From: Antedon mediterranea
Taxonomy: Eukaryota > Animalia > Echinodermata
Length of the DNA: 64,000 nucleotides
Direction of reading: 5' to 3'
NCBI RefSeq assembly: GCF_964355755.1
Contig: NC_092675.1
Span: 19,378,912 to 19,442,911, forward strand
Positions 41,956 to 55,600 of this stretch are shown in pieces; the stretch's first letter is position 1; every line of letters starts with the position of its first letter. The translations under genes and the position numbers were made by a program. The notes beneath the pieces were generated by a model, which saw nothing but the letters and a program-made list of their open reading frames with translations, did no database searches and had not been told where the DNA came from.

Positions 41956-42281
41956 AAAAAAACTGGGGAAAACACAATTATTAGATAGGGCATTTCCTTA
42001 CATTGCGTTACGTTGCGTCGCTAGTGGATATCAACTGACGCAACGTATTTTTTTCTAGATATGTTTTTGAACATGCTCAGAATGAATTTCTGACTGTTTG
42101 GATTGCTTGTGTGCGTTATAAAAAGGTACAAAAGGCCACACTGTGTTCGTGGAAAGCCCCGTCATATGGTTCATATGTCCATAATTATTGCATTTTGCCG
42201 GGGATTCCCCATCACTTAAGTATTTCCGTAGTACCGTATTTATCTTCGTTTCGTCCGTATATTGGGCCGAATTTCCGTAAA

Positions 42282-42461
42282 AGCTTGGTTCCCACTAGAA
42301 CGTAACGCAAGGACGCAAACGCAACGCAAGCGTTTTAACCAATGACAAGCGAAGTTATAGACAGTTAGCAATCACAAGCGAATAAGCCATCGCTTTGTGA
42401 TTGGTCAATTCACTTGCGTTGCGTTACGTCCTTGTGTTGCGTCGCTAGTGGGAACCACGCT
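42282..42461. mobile_element. MITE family A, full copy
   Basis: Near-identical to 40447-40621, with TIRs intact. Confidence 0.85.
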
Positions 42462-43244
42462 ATACGGACGTTCCGAACTTTGAAATAACTGTACTGTTCA
42501 ATTTCTTCTTTCTGCAAATTTCGATCATATTTTCTTTTCTCTGGAGTGTGGTTTAAGCAACACTGTGTTCAGTTTATGTTTGTTTTTGTTTGCTACTGTA
42601 GCTCAACATTTCCGGCGAACTAGAGTTGCCATTTATCGTGAATTGTACGTGCAAAAGTGCCATTTCCGGTAATATAAAGGTTTCATTTAACACAATTCGC
42701 TTCCCTACAGGCCCCTGGGTTAGATATCGATATCTGCGGCAATCCCCTTAAAATAGTCCTCTTAAGATCAAGAAAGCCAGCTTTACTATAAATTATAATG
42801 TTCCGTTTCTGTTTTAAAACTACAGGACTGATATTCGATTTATAGGCTAGCACTTTTGGCCTTTCCTTGCCTTATATATTTCATTTTGTCTTTTTATTTT
42901 ATTGTAGGCCTACCTATATGGTAGAAATTGAATAAATACAATAAATGTTTCCATATTCAGACAATAATTTAAATAGGGCAAACATAAAAGAACAATTCAT
43001 ATGAAGCGTGTTAGAACTTAGCACTATACTAGCTTTATAAATGATTGCAATACTTTTAAGACACACACATTCACAGATTCACGGACACTGTTTCTCTATT
43101 CATTTTCGTTTATTAAAAGTTTCATATTTAGGCAAAAAATAATTATGACTATTTAAAGATAGGCATTATTGATTAAAACTAGGCTAGGTCCAGGCCTAGA
43201 CTAGGCCTACTTACTTTTATTAAAGAAAGCGGGACCGAGTGCAA

Positions 43245-44610
43245 TTTTTATTTTGACTCGGAAGAAGATTCACCGAGAAAAATGGTCAACATTCCTGAAA
43301 TTGAGATCCTGCCATTATCACCTGTCTGTAATCACCTGTCTTGTCGGGCTCGTAAGTAGACCATACATTTATGTATGGTACATGTCATGCCCTCCCAATT
43401 TCATCAAGTCATCACTGCATGGTTTTTTTTTTTGTTTGGTTTTTTTTCATTTGTTTCCTTGATTTAAATTCTTCTGCAATACACTTTATCCCATAAAAGT
43501 AAATTTGTTGTATTTTGTTTCAATGAATTTATCAAGTTTATTTTTAAAGGCGTTTACTGTGGTGGTGTTAACGGCTTCCTCTGGTAGACTATTCCATAGG
43601 TTAACAATTCTGTAAGAAAAATTGTACTTGCGGATATCCAGTTTAGGTCGTCGCTTATATATGGTGTATCTATGTCTTCTTAGGTTTCTCTCGTATGTTT
43701 TCATAGGGAAGAAGTTACGCATTCCACTACCACTTAGGCCTGTCACCATTTTAAAAACTTGAATCATATCTCCTCGTAATCTTCTAAAGGCCAATGTTGG
43801 TAGATTTAGTCGTTTTAGGCGTTCTGTATAATCCAGGTCTTTTAATGATGGAATTGCTTTTGTTGCCCTCCTTTGAACTTTTTCAATGCATGTTATATCT
43901 TTACGAAGAAACGGAGACCATACACAGTTAGCATATTCAAGGTGAGGTCTCACTAATGATTTAAAAAGTGGAACAAACATTTCCTCATCAAGGTAGTTAA
44001 ATGTATGTCTGATCAGACCAACAACTCTGTTGGCTCTATTACTGACGATTCCAACGTGTTTGCTGAACTTGAGGGTCTGGTCAAATATAACGCCCAAGTC
44101 TTTTTCTTCCTCTTTTGCCTGCAAAGCCTCCGCTGACATCGTATAATTGTACAATTCAAGGTTCCCGCCAAGATGCATAATGCAGCACTTATTGACGTTA
44201 AACTTCAACTGCCAAGTTTTTGCCCAATCGTTAGCAGCATCAATATCACGTTGGAGGGCTTCACAGTCAGCCCGACTCTTAATATGATTGAACAGTTTGG
44301 TATCATCAGCAAACATCTCTGTGTGGGTTTCTAATATATCGGGTAGATCGTTTATGTAGATCAAGAATAGTATAGGTCCGAGGATACTTCCTTGGGGTAT
44401 CCCGCTTGTAACATGGGACCAAGACGATAAGGTTCCTTTAATTGCAACACGCTGCTTCCTTCCAAGTAAGAAACATTCTATCCATTTTAAAAGATTACCA
44501 TTAATTCCATATGCTTGTATTTTTTTCAGTAGTCGTTGGTGTGGGACAGTATCGAAGGCCTTGCTAAAATCCAGGTATGCTACGTCTACACCACCTTCTT
44601 CATCAATCAA
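43245..44610 (-). mobile_element. 5'-truncated CR1 LINE; open 374-aa RT/C-terminal ORF (43486-44610) plus 3' UTR
   Basis: YLDFSKAFDTVPH, SGIPQGSILGPILFLIYIND, FADDTKL, SLVRPHLEYANCVWSP, EKVQRRATK, RRLRGDMI and WNSLP. The 3' boundary is approximate. Confidence 0.92.
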
Positions 44611-45014
44611 TTAAAGAAATATGATTAAGATTATGTATTCCACTGTTATTTATTAGGAAATTTTGGTAGCCCTTCCGTAAGCATTTTTTGACAATTTAAA
44701 CATGAAACAGTGCTTTGGTTTTTTTTTTGCAATAGGCCTACTGAAAATGGAATTAGATGGAGTTTGGAATACTGTATCCTGGCAACCATAGAACATTTCG
44801 ACTGTTAGAACCGCGCGCGAAGAACAAAAAGATGCATTACGAACATGTGAACGCACACGCGCTTTATTATTACATTTTTATTATCTATCTAAAAAATTTG
44901 CCCCAAACTATGATCGCGTTCTAGATCGGACGCACACTAACCGCCTTCAGTACGCCATTTTTTGATTGGATAATTACTTACTACGCTATACAGCACGCGC
45001 TGAAATATCATGTC

Positions 45015-47847
45015 ATGTCATGTGCAGAGGAATTTTTTAGTGAGCAGGAAGCTCACGTTCGGCGCACACACTTGAGGAAAATGGCACGCGTGCCAAAAAA
45101 TATTAAACACGATAGATATTTTCCTCAGCGGCACGCGTGGCCGATTCCTCACGAAATCCCCGGGGCACACTGCTGTGAGGCAAGTGTTACTCGTGGCAGT
45201 TGGCTCAGCCGAAAGCTCCAGTGTGCGCCGGGCTTTAACGTGCTGCTGTTAGTCTAACATAGGCTAGGCCTAGGCCTAATTAAGTAAGTAATAGCCTAGG
45301 CTTATCCTAGGCCTAGTCCTCTAGAGACTAGACCCTAGCCTGTAGGCTAGGGCTAGTTAGTATAGGTAGCTAGCTAGGCTAGCCAGGCCTAGCCTCTAGC
45401 CTACCTAGGCCTAGGCTAGGCCTATTAATTACGCTAGCCCGGCCTAGGCCTAGTAGTAGGTAGGTAGCTAGCTAGCCAGGCCTAGCCTCTAGGCCTAGGA
45501 GGACTAGTAATTACGCTAGCTGGGCCTAGCTAGCCTAGGCTAGGCGTAGCTTAACTTAGGCCTACTTACTAATACTAGCCTTAGCTAGGCCCTAGCCTAT
45601 ATGCCTACCTTTCTAACTAACTAGGCTATATATAATATATAGGATATGCCCCTACCTAGATATAGGCCTAGGCATAGCATATATAGGCGCGGCCTAGGCT
45701 AGGGCATAACTAAGTACTACTAGGCCTAGACTATAGGCTAGACCCCTAGTTTTAGTTAGGGCTAGTCTATTAGAAGTTATTTAGGCATATAGTAGGCTAT
45801 GCCTACTCTATTACTACTAGGCTAGACCTAGTAGAGCGTAGCGTGATAGTAGGCCTACCTAAGATATAGATATAGGCTCGCCTAGTAGAAGACTACTAGC
45901 CTAGGGCCTAGTCTACTGACTGGAGCCTAGCATAGGTAGAGGTGAGCCTACTACCTAGGCCTAGACTAGGCCTACTTATTATATAGGAGGTAGGCCTGGT
46001 AACTAGGCCTAGCTAGGTTAGGCCGGGCCTATCTACTATCATCAAGCTTAGGAGGTTAGCTAGCTAGCTAGTTAGGAAGTTACTACTAGTACTAGCATAA
46101 CCATAGAATACTATTACTAATTAGGCCTAGCTAGTAGTAGTACACTAGGTCTAGTCTACAAATAGCCTAACTAACTAGCCTAGCTAGTAATACTAATAGA
46201 CCCTTGCATATAGGCCTTAAACTAACCTAACCATTTAGTTAGGTATGATTTACAGTTCAATATATGACCGTAGGGCCTAGTAGGCTAGTTATTGGGCATT
46301 TCTGTAGTCTAGTACTAGTAGGAAGTAGACAGCTGACGTAAGTTCTAAGTACCACACAAAAGACTAGCTCTAGTAATAGTAATACTGTAGGTTACTTATA
46401 CCAAGCTAGCTGGGGGAGCATATTATTCTTAATCTTATTATACAGATCGTATTAGATTATTATTATTATTGAATAAATACATTGTGAATTTTTTTCTCTT
46501 TTCTTCTTAAGTAGATCTCAACCAGATGCACGCCAGCAAGCAAGAAGAAAGTCAGTATTTGGAAGGATTTGGGCAGCAGTGCTTCATCTTTTGTGTATCA
46601 GAAGTGACGAATCATCGGATAGTAACTTAAGTTCGTCATCGTCGTCATTATCAGCATCACCATCTCTATCAGCGGGCACAGTGTCGGCATCGCTGTCAAT
46701 GGGGTACACGTATCTGTACAACAGTCATCATCAAAGTCTCTATCAAAGTCATCAAGATCACATTCGTCTCTGTGGCCAATGCCATCCACATCGTTATCTT
46801 CAAAATTCGCGCTTTCTCCTGGCCATATACTTACCACACCAGGTCTATCACCAGGGGAGGTGATCCTCCCAAAGCAACGTGTTTATAGTTTCGTCGTCGG
46901 CATCATCTTCATCGTCTACCGCTCCGGTCCAGCGCATTTTCAGACAACCAACATCAGAGTTATCACCCGGTGAGATACCAGAAAGGAAACGTCTTTGTAG
47001 TGTGCCATCATCGTTGTCATCGCAATGGCCATTGTCACCTACCAGTAGCTTCAATGGTTCGTCCCGTTCTTCGAAAAGTAACTCCACCACTTCAACACTA
47101 AACCCGTCCTTAACGATATAGATGCTACAATAAAACTTGCTGAAATTCTTCCGCCTGCTCGGTTATTAGTTAGTTCAAGTGTTTCCCACCTTAGTAATCC
47201 TGTACGTCTTGGACAGGGAAGTTTTGGCCGCGTTGACCTGATGACATCCGATCTTTTTCCAGGCCACTATCACCTCGTCGCAGTCAAGACGGCTTTTTTG
47301 AACAGTTTCAGCAATCCTGATCAAGCATGGGGCTATATGCTGGTAGAAGCGCGTGTGATGAAGTTTTTAGACGATCTGCCTTCTGTTCCTCGCGTCTTTG
47401 GCGTCTTCCGCCAAGGTGACGTATGCTGTATGGTGCAGGAGTTTATCGGAAATACTTTCACCCTTTCCAGTACCACATTCCTGGATGTATTGCAAACCGG
47501 ACAGTCGTGCTTTGAGCGCGCTTGAATATATCTCTATGACATCAGAGGTTGTCATTGCACTCAACGAAATGCACAAACGCGGGATTCTCCACAACGACGT
47601 AGCTGCGAGAAACATCCTGATCCAGCACGATGGAACCAGCTACAGAGCGAAGCTTACAGACTTCGGGATGGCATGCAGAGTACAATATCCAAGAGGACAC
47701 AGAGAGTTAACCTTTTCATCGTTGGACGAAGTAATTCAATACATGGATAATCATCCAGAGGTAGCACCAGAAAAATACATTGACGGTGCTTGCGATTCTG
47801 TTAGCGGTGACGTGTATTCCATCGGTTATGGTATACGTATTGTTTAA
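45015..47847 (+). pseudogene. Two-exon protein kinase pseudogene (Ser-rich linker + TK-like catalytic domain)
   Basis: Exon 1 is 45015-45247 (GTTAGT donor) and exon 2 starts at 46515 (phase-2 compatible). Motifs LGQGSFGRV, VAVK, EARVM, MVQEF, HNDVAARNIL, KLTDFGMA, APE and DVYSIG are split by frameshifts near 47118 and 47510. It stops after subdomain IX. Confidence 0.8.
45260..46400. repeat. Non-periodic TA-punctuated tract (TA-GGCC-TA, TA-GGC-TA, TA-GCC-TA, TA-GC-TA, TA-G-TA...)
   Basis: The sequence parses almost entirely into TA dinucleotides separated by 1-5 nt G/C-rich spacers, with no fixed period. It fills the kinase intron. Confidence 0.9.
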
Positions 47848-49626
47848 TTTTATCATGTTTAAAACTATGATAATTCTTTCTTTTCATTATTTGACGAGAG
47901 CAAGCTATTATTACTACAACAAGAAGTCGAAATGATGATGGGGAAGTAACATTTTTCAACATTTTAGGTAAAGACATTACATTTTTTATAAATTCGAGTT
48001 TGAATTAACCTGAAAAACCTGAAAACGTTTTAAAAGTATACAAATGCTAGTTGAATGAGCTTAAGCGTTTTATATACAAATATCATGTTTTATATAACTT
48101 TGTAATTCTATTTTTCCTTTAGGTAAAAATAACCAGTGACAGTTTTAAAAGTTAAATTAAACGTTTTACAAATTTACAAATGCTTGTTTTGTTTATAATT
48201 TGAAATTCTTTTTTCTTTTCATGAATTCGCAAACCAACTCATAACCAAGAATTTAAAGATGATGTTTTAATATTTCAGGTAAAACAACCAATCACAGTTA
48301 AATTCGAGTCTAGATTGTGAAATTTCAACTATACAATTATGTATTTTGTTTATACTTTTTTTTTTATTACGTAAATTTGTTGTTTTTGGCTCGAATTTTC
48401 GACTTAAAGTGAATAACTTTAATATTACTTTGATATGGCCACCAATTTAAATTTAGAATATTTTGACCTTCATTTTTTGTGTTTCAAGGGACAATACATC
48501 TTTAGCCTAATTTTATTAAATAGAAATATGAACAACCGTAATTTTTTTAGGAGAGACCGGGAATTTCTAACGAAAAACGTAACGCTCAAGTATTGAATAT
48601 ATACACCACCTAAAAACTTCACTTAACAGTTTGTTCAATGTAAATAATATAAAATATGCAAAGTCAACGATCCTCCTGCCCGTATACACTACATTAGATA
48701 TCTGTCTCCTGATTGGTCAAATAAAGTTTGGATACTGTACTCACGTACAAAAGTCTGGATTTTCTGAGTGGTTGAATAAAATTACGTCAGACATAATGGC
48801 ATCAGGTTTAATTTAGTTTTATCGTCGACGTCTGATGTAGACACAATGTAAATTACACACCATGAACACGTTTTTAATATAATAAATACGGTTTTATCTA
48901 TTAAATAACATTAAAGTTTTTAATATGTTAACAATATTAAAATGGTTTTGTTTGTGTTATAGTTACGACATAGATCTAGCGGCCTAAAAAACAATTGTTT
49001 TCTTCTTGACCAAAGATGCATTGCAATTTTATTGAATGTACTGCCTACAAAATATAATATTGACCAATAATATATTAACTATACAATTAAGTATAACAAA
49101 TCAGTAAACATTACAATTATTATTATTATCTATCAATCAAACTAAAATATAAAATACAATTGATATTAGTTATCAGTTAAAAATTATTTTTTTTTACAAT
49201 ATTTGAATTGTTTGAACATGTATATTGAAATGTGTACACCTACATATTTTGTTTGATTTTGTAAATATTATAAAGTACATATCGATAACGATCTACTAGG
49301 CAAACAACCGGGAAACGTCAATGATGTCCCGACTTTCGGCTGAGGTTAATTTGACCTATGACATTACATGTTTAGCAAATAGAACGCAATCTATACGTCA
49401 TTACGTATATCGATTGCCTATAGTTATGAATACTATTGCGGGTATTGTTTACATGTCAAGCGCATGTAATTATCATCTTTCCGGGGACCATGTCGGTGAC
49501 GTGTCGCGGGAAAAGCTGCTTGTAACCGCTTCCTATTCAAGAAAAACAACCTATGACAGGCTTAGCTGCCTGCAGTATATTCTGCTTTATTCTAATAGAT
49601 CAACATATTACAGACAATGAAAAACA

Positions 49627-52600
49627 ATGACCGAAAGCGGCAGTCGATATTCTAGCTCACCAAGCAAAAGGCGGTCTTCTAAATCGAAACCAAACAAAGG
49701 AAAAACATCAACAAAGGACTTATTACAACGGTTGGTAAGTTACCGTTAGCACCGTGAAATATGTAGTTAAGTAAATCTAGGCTCAATTTATAAACGCTCT
49801 TTTTTTTTTAATAAACAACTCAGATAAAATAACTGCTACGTAATAATTAATTCATTGTTTTAATGGAAGCCAAACAGGAAGAAGCTCGTTTAAACGTTAA
49901 TGCAGGAGTAATAATACAAAAATGCATTTACTAATTGAAATGTGGCGTTTTTTAATGGATATTAATATAAATTTGACTGGAGCCGCAGAATGGGTGAAAC
50001 TTCCACGAATCCTAACCACTAGACCACACGGGATATAGCATATGCATGGAGCATACTCTGGATAGACTGTACATTAATATGAAGTTGTATTTAACTAATA
50101 GATAGTACAGTATACAATAGGCCTTAATAAAAATAGAAATCTTCCCGTGCCGGGAATCGAAACCAGGCCGCGTGGGTGAAAACCACGAATCCTAACCACT
50201 AGACCACACGGGATATAGCATATGCATGGAGCATACTCTGCATAGACTGTACATTAATACGAAGTTGTATTTAACTAATACATAGTACAGTATACAATAG
50301 GGCTAAGTAAAAATAGAAATCTTCCCGTGCCGGGAATCGAACCCGGGCCGCGTGGGTGAAAACCACGAATCCTAACCACTAGACCACACGGGATATAGCA
50401 TAAGCATGGAGCATACTGTGCATAGACTGTACATTAATATGAAGTTGTATTTAACTAATAGATAGTAGGCCTACAGTATACAATAGGCATAAATAATAAT
50501 AGAAATCTTCCCGTGCCGGGAATCGAACCCGGGCCGCGTGGGTAAAAACCACGAATCCTAACCACTAGACCACATGGGATATAGCATATGCATGGAGCAT
50601 ACTCTGGATAGACTGTACATTAATTTGAAGTTGTATTTAACTAATAGACAGTACAGTATATAATAGGCCGAGATAAAAATAGAAAACCTTCCTGTGCCGC
50701 GTGGGTGAAAACCACGAATCCTAACCACTAGACCACACGGGATATAGCATATGCATGGAGCATACCGTGTATAGACTGTAAATTAATATGAGGTGTATTT
50801 AACTAATAGATAGTACAGTATACAATAGGCCTAAATAAAAATAGAAATCATTCCCGTGCCGGAATCGAACCCGGGCCGCGTGGGTGAAAACCACGAATCC
50901 TAACCACTAGACCACACGGGATATAGCATGCATGGAGCATACCGTGGATAGACTGTAAATTAATTTGAAGTTGTGTTTAACTAATAGATAGTACAGTATA
51001 CAATAGGCCTAAATAAAAATAGAAATCTTCCCGTGCCGGGAATCGAACCCGGGCCGCGTGGGTGAAAACCAGGAATGCTAACAACTAGACCACACGGGAT
51101 ATAGCATATGCATTTGCGTTTGTATGATTTATTTCTTTTTTATTTTTAAATGCGCCTTGAGCACTCTGGAGTGGTATGTGTGCTATAAAAATCTTATTAT
51201 TATTATTATTATTATTATTATTTATGCATGGAGCATACTTTGCATAGACTGTACATTAATTTGAAGTTGTATTTAACTAATAGACAGTACAGTATACAAT
51301 AGGCCTAAATAAAAATAGAAATCTTCCCGTGCCGGGAATCGAACCCGGGCCGCGTGGGTGAAAACCACGAATCCTAACCACTAGACCACACGGGATATAG
51401 CATATGCATGGAGCATACCGTGGATAGACTGTAAATTAATATGAGGTGTATTTAACTAATAGATAGTACAGTATACAATAGGCATAAATAAAAATAGAAA
51501 TCTTCCCGTGCCTGGAATCGAACCCGGGCCGCGTGGGTGAAAACCACGAATCCTAACCACTAGACCACACGGGATATAGCATATGCATGGAGCATACTTT
51601 GCATAGACTGTACATTAATTTGAAGTTGTATTTAACTAATAGACAGTACAGTATACAATAGGCCTAAATAAAAATAGAAAGCTTCCCGTGCCGGGAATCG
51701 AACCCGGGCCGCGTGGGTGAAAACCACGAATCCTAACCACTAGACCACACGGGATATAGCATATGCATGGAGCATACTGTGGATAGACTGTACATTAATA
51801 TGAAGTTGTATTTAACTAATAGATAGTACAGTATACAATAGGCCTAAATAAAAATTGAAATCTTCCCGTGCCGGGAATCGAACCCGGGCCGCGTGGGTGA
51901 AAACCACGAACCCTAACCACTAGACCACACGGGATATAGCATATGCATGGAGCATACTCTGGATAGACTGTACATTAATTTGAAGTTGTATTTAACTAAT
52001 AGACAGTACAGTATACAATAGGCCTAAATAAAAATAGAAACCTTCCCGTGCCGGGAATCGAACCCGGGCCGCGTGGGTGAAAACCACGAATCCTAACCAC
52101 TAGACCACACGGGATATAGCATGCATAGAGCATACCGTGGATAGACTGTAAATTAATATGAGGTGTATTTAACTAATAGACAGTACAGTATACAATAGGC
52201 CTAAATAAAAATAGAAATCTTCCCGTGCCGGGAATCGAACCCGGGCCGCGTGGGTGAAAACCACGAATCCTAACCACTAGACCACACGGGATATAGCATA
52301 TGCATGGAGCATACTGTGGATAGACTGTACATTAATATGAAGTTGTATTTAACTAATAGATAGTACAGTATACAATAGGCCTAAATAAAAATTGAAATCT
52401 TCCCGTGCCGGGAATCGAACCCGGGCCGCGTGGGTGAAAACCACGAATCCTAACCACTAGACCACACGGGATATAGCATATGCATGGAGCATACTCTGGA
52501 TAGACTGTACATTAATTTGAAGTTGTATTTAACTAATAGACAGTACAGTATACAATAGGCCTAATTAAAAATATAAACCTTCCCGTGCCGGGAATCGAAC

Positions 52601-55600
52601 CCGGGCCGCGTGGGTGAAAACCACGAATCCTAACCACTAGACCACACGGGATATAGCATGCATTGAGCATACCGTGGATAGACTGTAAATTAATATGAGG
52701 TGTATTTAACTAATAGATAGTACAGTATACAATAGGCCTAAATAAAAATAGAAATCTTCCCGTGCCGGGAATCGAACCCGGGCCGCGTGGTGAAAACCAC
52801 GAATCCTCTAACCACTAGACCACACGGGATATAGAATATGTATGGAGCATACTCTGGATAGACTGTACATTAATTTGAAGTTGTGTTTAACTAATAGACA
52901 GTAGGCCTACAGTATACAATAGGCCTAAATAGAAATCTTCCCGTGCCGGGAATCGAACCCGGGCCGCGTGGGTGAAAACCACGAATCCTAACCACTAGAC
53001 CACACGGGATATAGCATATGCATGGAGCATACTCTGCATAGACTGTACATTAATTTGAAGTTGTATTTAACTAATAGACAGTACAGTATACAATAGGCCT
53101 AAATAAAAATAGAAACCTTCCCGTGCCGGGAATCGAACCCGGGCCGCGTGGGTGAAAACCACGAATCCTAACCACTAGACCACACGGGATATAGCATGCA
53201 TGGAGCATACCGTGGATAGACTGTAAATTAATATGAGGTGTATTTAACTAATAGACAGTACAGTATACAATAGGCCTAAATAAAAATAGAAATCTTCCCG
53301 TGCCGGGAATCGAACCCGGGCCGCGTGGGTGAAAACCACGAATCCTAACCACTAGACCACACGGGATATAGCATATGTATGGAGCATACTCTGGATAGAC
53401 TGTACATTAATTTGAAGTTGTGTTTAACTAATAGACAGTAGGCCTACAGTATACAATAGTCCTAAATAAAAATAGAAATCTTCCCGTGCCGGGAATCGAA
53501 CCCGGGCCGCGTGGGTGAAAACCACAAATCCTAACCACTAGACCACACGGGATATAGCATGCATAGAGAGCATACCGTGGATAGACTGTAAATTAATATG
53601 AGGTGTATTTAACTAATAGACAGTACAGTATACAATAGGCCTAAATAAAAATAGAAATCTTCCCGTGCCGGGAATCGAACCCGGGCCGCGTGGGTGAAAA
53701 CCACGAATCCTAACCACTAGACCACACGGGATATAGCATATGCATGGAGCATACTGTGGATAGACTGTACATTAATATGAAGTTGTATTTAACTAATAGA
53801 TAGTACAGTATACAATAGGCCTAAATAAAAATTGAAATCTTCCCGTGCCGGGAATCGAACCCGGGCCGCGTGGGTGAAAACCACGAACCCTAACCACTAG
53901 ACCACACGGGATATAGCATATGCATGGAGCATACTCTGGATAGACTGTACATTAATTTGAAGTTGTATTTAACTAATAGACAGTACAGTATACAATAGGC
54001 CTAAATAAAAATAGAAACCTTCCCGTGCCGGGAATCGAACCCGGGCCGCGTGGGTGAAAACCACGAATCCTAACCACTAGACCACACGGGATATAGCATG
54101 CATAGAGCATACCGTGGATAGACTGTAAATTAATATGAGGTGTATTTAACTAATAGACAGTACAGTATACAATAGGCCTAAATAAAAATAGAAATCTTCC
54201 CGTGCCGGGAATCGAACCCGGGCCGCGTGGGTGAAAACCACGAATCCTAACCACTAGACCACACGGGATATAGCATATGCATGGAGCATACTGTGGATAG
54301 ACTGTACATTAATATGAAGTTGTATTTAACTAATAGATAGTACAGTATACAATAGGCCTAAATAAAAATTGAAATCTTCCCGTGCCGGGAATCGAACCCG
54401 GGCCGCGTGGGTGAAAACCACGAATCCTAACCACTAGACCACACGGGATATAGCATGCATAGAGCATACCGTGGATAGACTGTAAATTAATATGAGGTGT
54501 ATTTAACTAATAGACAGTACAGTATACAATAGGCCTAAATAAAAATAGAAATCTTCCCGTGCCGGGAATCGAACCCGGGCCGCGTGGGTGAAAACCACGA
54601 ATCCTAACCACTAGACCACACGGGATATAGCATATGCATGGAGCATACTGTGGATAGACTGTACATTAATATGAAGTTGTATTTAACTAATAGATAGTAC
54701 AGTATACAATAGGCCTAAATAAAAATTGAAATCTTCCCGTGCCGGGAATCGAACCCGGGCCGCGTGGGTGAAAACCACGAATCCTAACCACTAGACCACA
54801 CGGGATATAGCATATGCATGGAGCATACTCTGGATAGACTGTACATTAATTTGAAGTTGTATTTAACTAATAGACAGTACAGTATACAATAGGCCTAATT
54901 AAAAATATAAACCTTCCCGTGCCGGGAATCGAACCCGGGCCGCGTGGGTGAAAACCACGAATCCTAACCACTAGACCACACGGGATATAGCATGCATTGA
55001 GCATACCGTGGATAGACTGTAAATTAATATGAGGTGTATTTAACTAATAGATAGTACAGTATACAATAGGCCTAAATAAAAATAGAAATCTTCCCGTGCC
55101 GGGAATCGAACCCGGGCCGCGTGGTGAAAACCACGAATCCTCTAACCACTAGACCACACGGGATATAGAATATGTATGGAGCATACTCTGGATAGACTGT
55201 ACATTAATTTGAAGTTGTGTTTAACTAATAGACAGTAGGCCTACAGTATACAATAGGCCTAAATAGAAATCTTCCCGTGCCGGGAATCGAACCCGGGCCG
55301 CGTGGGTGAAAACCACGAATCCTAACCACTAGACCACACGGGATATAGCATATGCATGGAGCATACTCTGCATAGACTGTACATTAATTTGAAGTTGTAT
55401 TTAACTAATAGACAGTACAGTATACAATAGGCCTAAATAAAAATAGAAACCTTCCCGTGCCGGGAATCGAACCCGGGCCGCGTGGGTGAAAACCACGAAT
55501 CCTAACCACTAGACCACACGGGATATAGCATGCATGGAGCATACCGTGGATAGACTGTAAATTAATATGAGGTGTATTTAACTAATAGACAGTACAGTAT

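Noticed and set aside
46598-47090. Asp-rich minus-strand ORFs
   Set aside because: Antisense shadows of the Ser-rich (TCA/TCG) kinase linker.
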